From positions 88,536,001 to 88,600,000 of the forward strand of contig NC_043001.1 of assembly GCF_006345805.1 (NCBI RefSeq): a stretch of DNA of 64,000 bases, given 5' to 3'. Position 1 is the stretch's first letter, and each line of letters starts with the position of its first letter. This stretch comes from Octopus sinensis. Taxonomy: Eukaryota. Position numbers and translations under genes: made by a program. Positions 56,315 to 64,000 of this stretch are shown here, piece by piece. The notes beneath the pieces were generated by a model. The model did not search any database, was not told where the DNA came from, and saw only the letters and a list, made by a program, of their open reading frames with translations.

Positions 56315-58486
56315 TATGTGAAATAGAAAGATGAATAATCTTGTAGTAGATTAATCAAAAGTTTAACCGATACCTTAGTAGCAAAAATCACAGCAGTAAA
56401 CAGCACGGTTGGAGGTACAACCATCTGGCGTTGCAACCGTGCGTTGGTGCGGATAATTGAAATTAAAACATTATTGGTGAATTGAAGAAATGGAGCTGAA
56501 CGCAGATTGAACAGAAATCGTTTTATTTCATTCTACACGTGTTTCGAAAGGCACAAATTACCAAAATCCGATTGAATAATGGGACCATATTGTGTCTTTC
56601 TCTTCAGGAAGAAAAAAGGAAATCCGTTGGAAAAACAAAAACAGAACAGAGGCGGAGCAAAAAACAAATCGAACTGTGCTCCTAAGAGCCCATGGCGAAA
56701 CTGTTTATCAGTGTATGTTGAGAACCGGTGGCTGAAGAATTCAACGGGTCAGGCATCGGTCAATCATGTGGGTGAGGGTGTATAGATGTTCTTTGTGACC
56801 GAGAATAAAGTTCTGACTATTTAAAGAATATTGGATGTTTTATAAGGGGCGAGAAAAAATCTACTTAGAGACGTGTGTGTGTGTATACTGTTCTATATAT
56901 GTGTGTTGGCGTAGGGGTAGAAAACATTTTTTGTGTACGTGTGTGCGTTTGATCGTTCGGCTGTCAGTGGCTACTGCCGTGATAACCGTTGGGTGGCAGA
57001 AAAAAAAAAAAAAAAAAATTATATATATATATTATGTTTTATGTGTGTGTGTATGTTCATCTAAGCCTGCCTTGACAAGGAAACCCCCCGCTGTGAAAAA
57101 ACCAAGCCCCGTTTGTCTTACAGGAGTAATTTCCCTTGCAGTGGTTAATCGTAGATATCTTAAAGGCTATTTCAGAATTTGTTACCAAGGGCTATGGGTG
57201 CCGGTATTATTTATAAACGCTATTTAAAGGCCAGATAAGTGTAACGCCGCCAATGGGGGCATCGAAAAGCCGACTGTAAGAGCCCGTTTACCATCCGGCC
57301 TCTGGCAAACAAAATATGGAAGAGTTCGGAGACACAAAGGTTGCACTGTCTTCTGCCCCTATCAAATGGGAGGGCCACCGACAAAATTGACCATTCCAGC
57401 CTATAGCTTAAGTTCGCATCCTTCAGTCGCCATATTAGCTTACTGAGTCCCGTGGTCTGGCGCTTGTTCACGTCCCGAAAAGTTGCGTAATGGTTGGAGA
57501 CACGCAAAGACAATCTTGAGGATGATGCCCCTACATAAGTGAAGGCATCTGAGTCCGTGTAAACCTTGCATTGGTAGACGGCGTTTTTGATCTTGGAGTT
57601 CGCCGACGTGAATCTTAATCTGCTAGGATTGGTTTCTGAGATTAGAACTGCGTTCCTGTCACTATATTCGTTCCGAGACCTGCAGCCGCTTACTACTCTA
57701 TTTTCCACTACGTCACTATTAACTATAGGAATAACCCCTGATTCTCCACTATCTATCAGAGAGCTGTCATTGCTACTGCCCGTGGTACTGCTATTGCGGG
57801 AAATGATGCTGGGGATGCTAATGGGGCTCTCTACCCTACTCCCATTGTTACCGTCAACCACAACACCCCTATTTATAACTATACCCCTAGTGGGTACTCC
57901 CTGGCTGGAGCTGAGATTATGTGTCACTGTACTGGCTCTCATATCATTATTACTACTATAATTATTCCTACTGAGCATTAAACCGGGAGCGGAAGAGGCT
58001 GTGCCTCCGGAAAAAGGTGATAGGGTCTTAGTAAGTAGCCTATTATTATGGGAGGCGATTATCTGGGCGAGGTTTTTAGTGTTGGAGAAAGCTATCCTAA
58101 CTTTATGTGAGTTAACCGTGGAGTAATATTTGGAATTTCTGGGGAAGTTATTGGCGATGGCTTGTCTAAACATGAGGGGGAGGTTAGTTCTAATCTGCTT
58201 ACCAAAGGGGATTACAAACCATATATGCTTATTCCTATCAGTGTGATGGGTCGGGACGCCAGCTCTCGCATTCGGGTGGGTGATTCTCGGATGAATAACG
58301 GGTCTTGGGTTAGTGTAAGACCTCCCGGACCGATAATTATCCTTGTTCGCTAAATTAAATGCGGGAGCGACTACCCCGGCATCCGCCGCGCTCCCGTCCT
58401 TACTTAAAATGTTAATGTTATTATATACGGCCCTATCCTGATGACCGAATGATGGCATCGGAAGGGCCGGATCAATATAAATTACA
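56315..58486 (-). mobile_element. Penelope-like element, 5'-truncated copy L (RT thumb remnant + GIY-YIG + long 3' UTR)
   Basis: GIY-YIG ORF ending at 57220; hammerhead at 56526-56615; 3' end abuts (TA)n at ~56285-56314. Confidence 0.9.
56526..56615 (-). ncRNA. Type I hammerhead ribozyme (copy L)
   Basis: Reverse-complement copy of 60196-60285. Confidence 0.8.
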
Positions 58487-58650
58487 GGAGGTCTTACACT
58501 AACCCAAGACCCGTTATTCATCCGAGAATCACCCACCCGAATGCGAGAGCTGGCGTCCCGACCCATCACACTGATAGGAATAAGCATATATGGTTTGTAA
58601 TCCCCTTTGGTAAGCAGATTAGAACTAACCTCCCCCTCATGTTTAGACAA
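57220..58650 (-). CDS. Chimeric 476-aa ORF: 55 aa from antisense of arm R + PLE RT-thumb/linker + GIY-YIG endonuclease
   Basis: HIWFVIPFGKQIRTN...VRIAFSNTKNLAQIIASHNNRLL (PLE thumb-like), AVYQC...TYVG, LRVSNH, LEWSIL, CNLCVSE, MVNG...CPH (GIY-YIG); stays open across the junction. Confidence 0.7.
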   Translation of the reverse strand: MSKHEGEVSSNLLTKGDYKPYMLIPISVMGRDASSRIRVGDSRMNNGSWVSVRPPVIYIDPALPMPSFGHQDRAVYNNINILSKDGSAADAGVVAPAFNLANKDNYRSGRSYTNPRPVIHPRITHPNARAGVPTHHTDRNKHIWFVIPFGKQIRTNLPLMFRQAIANNFPRNSKYYSTVNSHKVRIAFSNTKNLAQIIASHNNRLLTKTLSPFSGGTASSAPGLMLSRNNYSSNNDMRASTVTHNLSSSQGVPTRGIVINRGVVVDGNNGSRVESPISIPSIISRNSSTTGSSNDSSLIDSGESGVIPIVNSDVVENRVVSGCRSRNEYSDRNAVLISETNPSRLRFTSANSKIKNAVYQCKVYTDSDAFTYVGASSSRLSLRVSNHYATFRDVNKRQTTGLSKLIWRLKDANLSYRLEWSILSVALPFDRGRRQCNLCVSELFHILFARGRMVNGLLQSAFRCPHWRRYTYLAFK

Positions 58651-59592
58651 GCCATCGCCAATAACTTCCCCAGAAATTCCAAATATTACTCCACGGTTAA
58701 CTCACATAAAGTTAGGATAGCTTTCTCCAACACTAAAAACCTCGCCCAGATAATCGCCTCCCATAATAATAGGCTACTTACTAAGACCCTATCACCTTTT
58801 TCCGGAGGCACAGCCTCTTCCGCTCCCGGTTTAATGCTCAGTAGGAATAATTATAGTAGTAATAATGATATGAGAGCCAGTACAGTGACACATAATCTCA
58901 GCTCCAGCCAGGGAGTACCCACTAGGGGTATAGTTATAAATAGGGGTGTTGTGGTTGACGGTAACAATGGGAGTAGGGTAGAGAGCCCCATTAGCATCCC
59001 CAGCATCATTTCCCGCAATAGCAGTACCACGGGCAGTAGCAATGACAGCTCTCTGATAGATAGTGGAGAATCAGGGGTTATTCCTATAGTTAATAGTGAC
59101 GTAGTGGAAAATAGAGTAGTAAGCGGCTGCAGGTCTCGGAACGAATATAGTGACAGGAACGCAGTTCTAATCTCAGAAACCAATCCTAGCAGATTAAGAT
59201 TCACGTCGGCGAACTCCAAGATCAAAAACGCCGTCTACCAATGCAAGGTTTACACGGACTCAGATGCCTTCACTTATGTAGGGGCATCATCCTCAAGATT
59301 GTCTTTGCGTGTCTCCAACCATTACGCAACTTTTCGGGACGTGAACAAGCGCCAGACCACGGGACTCAGTAAGCTAATATGGCGACTGAAGGATGCGAAC
59401 TTAAGCTATAGGCTGGAATGGTCAATTTTGTCGGTGGCCCTCCCATTTGATAGGGGCAGAAGACAGTGCAACCTTTGTGTCTCCGAACTCTTCCATATTT
59501 TGTTTGCCAGAGGCCGGATGGTAAACGGGCTCTTACAGTCGGCTTTTCGATGCCCCCATTGGCGGCGTTACACTTATCTGGCCTTTAAATAG
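58639..59592 (+). CDS. PLE GIY-YIG endonuclease ORF (317 aa), identical to the C-terminus of the 476-aa ORF
   Basis: ORF track translations are identical over all 317 aa. Confidence 0.7.
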   Translation: MFRQAIANNFPRNSKYYSTVNSHKVRIAFSNTKNLAQIIASHNNRLLTKTLSPFSGGTASSAPGLMLSRNNYSSNNDMRASTVTHNLSSSQGVPTRGIVINRGVVVDGNNGSRVESPISIPSIISRNSSTTGSSNDSSLIDSGESGVIPIVNSDVVENRVVSGCRSRNEYSDRNAVLISETNPSRLRFTSANSKIKNAVYQCKVYTDSDAFTYVGASSSRLSLRVSNHYATFRDVNKRQTTGLSKLIWRLKDANLSYRLEWSILSVALPFDRGRRQCNLCVSELFHILFARGRMVNGLLQSAFRCPHWRRYTYLAFK

Positions 59593-60195
59593 CGTTTATA
59601 AATAATACCGGCACCCATAGCCCTTGGTAACAAATTCTGAAATAGCCTTTAAGATATCTACGATTAACCACTGCAAGGGAAATTACTCCTGTAAGACAAA
59701 CGGGGCTTGGTTTTTTCACAGCGGGGGGTTTCCTTGTCAAGGCAGGCTTAGATGAACATACACACACACACATAAAACATAATATATATATATAATTTTT
59801 TTTTTTTTTTTTTCTGCCACCCAACGGTTATCACGGCAGTAGCCACTGACAGCCGAACGATCAAACGCACACGTACACAAAAAATGTTTTCTACCCCTAC
59901 GCCAACACACATATATAGAACAGTATACACACACACACGTCTCTAAGTAGATTTTTTCTCGCCCCTTATAAAACATCCAATATTCTTTAAATAGTCAGAA
60001 CTTTATTCTCGGTCACAAAGAACATCTATACACCCTCACCCACATGATTGACCGATGCCTGACCCGTTGAATTCTTCAGCCACCGGTTCTCAACATACAC
60101 TGATAAACAGTTTCGCCATGGGCTCTTAGGAGCACAGTTCGATTTGTTTTTTGCTCCGCCTCTGTTCTGTTTTTGTTTTTCCAACGGATTTCCTT

Positions 60196-60285
60196 TTTTC
60201 TTCCTGAAGAGAAAGACACAATATGGTCCCATTATTCAATCGGATTTTGGTAATTTGTGCCTTTCGAAACACGTGTAGAATGAAA
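60196..60285 (+). ncRNA. Type I hammerhead ribozyme (copy R)
   Basis: CTGAAGA (60204-60210); stem II gaaagacacaa/ttgtgcctttc; GAAA (60266-60269); minimal stem III C-ACGT-G; GTA cleavage triplet (60275-60277); stem I ttttcttc/gaatgaaa. Confidence 0.8.
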
Positions 60286-60340
60286 TAAAACGATTTCTGT
60301 TCAATCTGCGTTCAGCTCCATTTCTTCAATTCACCAATGT

Positions 60341-60353
60341 TATATTATATATA

Positions 60354-60420
<67 letters not shown>
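60341..60420. repeat. (TA)n microsatellite
   Basis: Directly visible. Confidence 0.95.
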
Positions 60421-60421
<1 letters not shown>

Positions 60422-60470
60422 ACATATTTGTTGTGCAAGATTTTTTATGCGAAATCGTGTGTTGAAACAG

Positions 60471-60824
60471 ATATTATTGTATTTAGGAATGGTCGTTTTG
60501 CCAGTTTAGCCAATATTGCAGGCATCCCCCCCACACACACTAACTAAACATAGACGCACATAGAGATATACGCATGCGCAAATGAAGACATATACAATAG
60601 AAATACAAAATGGCTGACGGTTAGTAAGGAGAGACACACAAATAAGAAAGAAGAAAGCAAAGGACCACTGATGCGATCACAGGAGTGTAACAAAAGAACT
60701 CTGGCCGAAATAAGATTAAGATTAATGTAAAAAATAAATAACACTGAAGCAAAGTAACACCAAATATATAGTGCATGTGTTTTTATTGGCTAAACTGGCA
60801 AAATTACCATTCCTAAATACAACA

Positions 60825-60828
<4 letters not shown>
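60471..60828. mobile_element. MITE-like element with 45-bp inverted termini
   Basis: 60471-60515 pairs with 60784-60828 with few mismatches. Confidence 0.7.
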
Positions 60829-60856
<28 letters not shown>

Positions 60857-60865
60857 GCACATAAA

Positions 60866-61169
60866 GTAGTACCTCAGTTTTCAAATAACTCTGATCATGA
60901 ATTAATCGTGCATTATATATATATATATACATAGATAGATATAGATATATATAAAGCATGATTTATTCGGGATCAGAGGCATTTGGAAACCGAGATACTA
61001 CTTTATTAAATGAATATGAGAAAGACAGGAAATAAAGAAAGCTGGAGGGTGTATCAGCCAAAATGTGTTACCAACAAACAAGATGAGGACAAATATCTGT
61101 CAATTGTAAATAATGTAAATAAAGTATGAGTTATTCATGATCAGAGTTGTTCGGGAACTGAGGTTCTAC
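60866..61169. mobile_element. MITE-like element with ~37-bp inverted termini
   Basis: gtagtacctcagttttcaaataactctgatcatgaat (60866-60902) pairs with attcatgatcagagttgttcgggaactgaggttctac (61133-61169). Confidence 0.65.
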
Positions 61170-61177
61170 TCTGTGTG

Positions 61178-61208
<31 letters not shown>

Positions 61209-61944
61209 GGATGAATGGATGGGTGGGTGGATGGATGGATGTTGCTGTAACCTATGATTTACTGCCAAACTTATGTTCATATTTTTTTTTAAATGACCCA
61301 TGTAGATACAAAAGAATTCAACTATAAGAACCCAATGAGACTTAAACCCTCTATTAATACAATGCCTTAGTGAAATATAACTATATACAAACAGGTCAAA
61401 TTTAAGCTCATCTTTCATCTGTATGTTTTGATTTCACTTTGATGTGATTAAATCACAAAATCCTTTACTTATTATTTAATATTCGCAGTGTTCATACTTC
61501 CTTGAATTTAATCAGATGCTATTTTCCAGAAACATGGCACAAGTAAATACAAAGCCCCAGTCTCAGATAATTCAATAAAATGAACAAGCTTCTTTTTGAA
61601 ATTAAGCATATACCATTTAAAATATGGAGTGAAATGTGTTTGTTGTGTATTCAATTTATTTTGAAACTAGCAAAGAAGATGGGTTTTTTTTAAAGTTTTC
61701 TTTCCTCAAACGTCTCTACCAGAACATCACAGGCCTTTTTTTTATGGTAGATTGTTGTTTTTGCTTTTTAAAAAATATACTTTAAAATACTGACTGGAAT
61801 GACTTGTATGATTAACCAATCTAAATATAAAGTTGAAGAATAGACACGAGTGCATTGAAAATTGAAAATTACATCTCATATCTCCTATATATATATATAT
61901 ATAATGTCTGTGTGTATGCATGCATGTATATATGGTAGGGAAGG

Positions 61945-62300
61945 GTTTTGGGCATGGCTATGTGAAGGCATAAGTTGTCATTAAAAAGTTTACTTTCCAG
62001 CTACATAGTCTCAGGTTCAGTCCCACTGTGGGGCACTTTTACTGTTATTTTAATGTCTTGGTTGACAGAAACTGAAAGAAGTTCATCAAGTGTGGGTGTG
62101 CTTGCGTCTCTTTGTTTTGATATCTTGTGATATTTGTAAATGAGTAACCATACAAGTGATGTTTTTCATTCCTAATCCTCTTTGAAAACATGTTTGGCCA
62201 TGAGGAAATATTAAGAGACCTTACTTGGAAAATTATCTTACTTGTAGGTTGGTGACAAGCAATAAAAAAAATCTTCCTCATCAAATTCCTGCTTACCAAT
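61945..62300 (+). mobile_element. Degraded tRNA-derived SINE
   Basis: catagtctcaggttcagtcccactg...gacagaaactgaaagaag motifs, as at 41368 and 48245. Confidence 0.55.
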
Positions 62301-64000
62301 GCAACCATGCATACGTATACACACATGTTAATGTGTGTATATATATATATAATTTATGTAATATAATCATATTATCACCATCATTGTATTAACATCACAT
62401 CACTTTTCTATGTTTTACATTGGTAAGCTGAAATTTGAAGCAGATTTTCTACTGCTGGATGCTCATCATGTTGCCAATCTGTTTTCCCAACAAGGTAATA
62501 TTTTCACCACGCCCAGATATTTCCACTGTATGTGTTTGTAAATATATATAGGTATACAGAGACAAAACATAGTTTCTATAACCTTTGTGCATGTAATTTA
62601 CATTATCTGTGCACAATAGTGATTTAGGTACAGAGAATGTTAAATAGATTTGTTGAAAATAAGTACATGATTCATAAACTCATATGATATATGTTTAAAT
62701 TAATTTAATATTTTCAAGAATGTGGTATATATGTGTATATATTTAATGATTAAAAAATTTCCATTTCTATACACCTAGACCATTAAACATTGAGAAGAAA
62801 TAGAGAAGATTATATAATAACTGGAACCAATTTAGGCATAAATCCAGCTATGAATAATACTTATATATTTCTTTCTTGGCTAAAGAATTAATCAAAAGAT
62901 GATAACGATGATGTATGTGTGGTGGGTTATGATTATATATGTATATAACTATGAATGTGTGTATACTTATATATATGTTATGTACAAACACACAAAAACT
63001 ACAGTGACTTAATGGCTTCTCAGCAGCAACTCAAGTTTCATGTTTAGGCAAAATATCTTATTTTGTTTGAAATAAAGCTTAGTCATTTTATTCAACCATC
63101 AGGCATTTCCAGAGAATTTCAAACATGAGCGACAGTAATTTATAAGCAATTGTGAGTAAATGCACTTGCTGTGAGAGTATGAAAATTTATGTAAAGGTTG
63201 AATTTGGGTAAGTCGGTGAAATCCCTTGGACTGTTAAGGATTATGGCTATATATTTTCTTTGTATTGGTTACTAGCATCTGTCTCTTTGATATCTAAAAG
63301 ATTTTGGTAGACTATTAGGCATAGTTCCTGGGATTGTTCTTAGTAGTAGTGTATGTATTCTTGGGTGTTGATGTGAGGTCAAGAGTAGAATTTTAGGGAT
63401 GGCCTTCCCCCTATAGCTATCCAAAAGTCAATAAGTGGCCAAAACATACACCACTGACATAATTTATCCCTAAAATTATACCACCACACCATTTATATAC
63501 AGATGTATTGTACTGACAAACCTTTACTAGATGATGATAATAATTAGCTTTAGTGCTGTAAGTTATTAACTCCTATATCTACTTATATTTAACTCATGAG
63601 TGCATTTTTTTTTATCTACATCTCTAACCTTTCTATTCTCTATAAGCACTATCATTATCTTCTGACATAAAAAATGTATCCCAATACTCTGTACCTATTG
63701 ATGCGTTCACTAATTTTCTCCATCCCTCTCTCTTTCTCTCTCTCTCTCAGTATAGATGTCTCTAGACTTCACCACTGTCTTCACTTCCGTAATAATGTAC
63801 ACCTAAGACCCTACAATCAACTGACTTACAGATCATTCCCACCATACCTGTCCAAACCCTACATTTCCACAAACACATGACTAAGAACCGTTTCTTATCA
63901 TATCACCTGGCATAAAGCCACCTCCCTCAATACTTAATACCCTTCTCATTTGAGGCACTTTATTTTGTGATTTATGTCGTAACTTCACTTGTACTGGTGT

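Larger units (their letters stand above)
58487..60338 (+). mobile_element. Penelope-like element, 5'-truncated copy R
   Basis: Reverse complement of 56473-58325; 3' end abuts (TA)n at 60341-60420. Confidence 0.9.

Noticed and set aside
58851-59225. 124-aa Leu-rich ORF (and its mirror at 57587..57961)
   Set aside because: Antisense shadow of the Ser/Asn-rich PLE linker; no recognisable domain.
60040-60105. Possible SECIS element in the PLE 3' UTR (ATGA...AA...TGAT), since some PLEs are selenoproteins
   Set aside because: The GA quartet is not positioned at the base of the helix, and the ORF has no in-frame TGA.
56315-60338. Palindrome as a simple missed-adapter long-read artefact
   Set aside because: Not favoured, because the outer flanks differ, the arms end at element-like boundaries and a 161-bp spacer is present. 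Only read evidence can exclude it.
63674-64000. Possible degraded Penelope RT/EN remnant at the window end
   Set aside because: Only faint motif resemblance; too decayed to support.

Overview
AT-rich, microsatellite-dense eukaryotic DNA. The SINE and RTE families look like octopus/cephalopod repeats; this is recognition from memory, not a database result. The only host coding sequence I can support is two + strand exons of a CaMKII gene (31120-31203, 31952-32046), so most of the window is probably very large introns. The rest is mostly transposon sequence: RTE-clade LINE fragments, a young CR1/L2-type RT copy, older LINE, Ty3/Gypsy and Tc1/mariner remnants, tRNA-derived SINEs, Helitron-like and hAT non-autonomous elements, and Penelope-like element (PLE) fragments. 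There is a 100-N gap at 19759-19858. The most striking structure is a ~4 kb near-perfect palindrome at 56315-60338. It consists of two 5'-truncated, RT-less PLE copies joined head-to-head, with ~1.85 kb arms and a 161-bp spacer. Each arm has an intact-looking GIY-YIG endonuclease ORF and a type I hammerhead ribozyme, and both outer ends abut (TA)n. The junction creates a chimeric 476-aa ORF, and the whole structure probably lies in a CaMKII intron.
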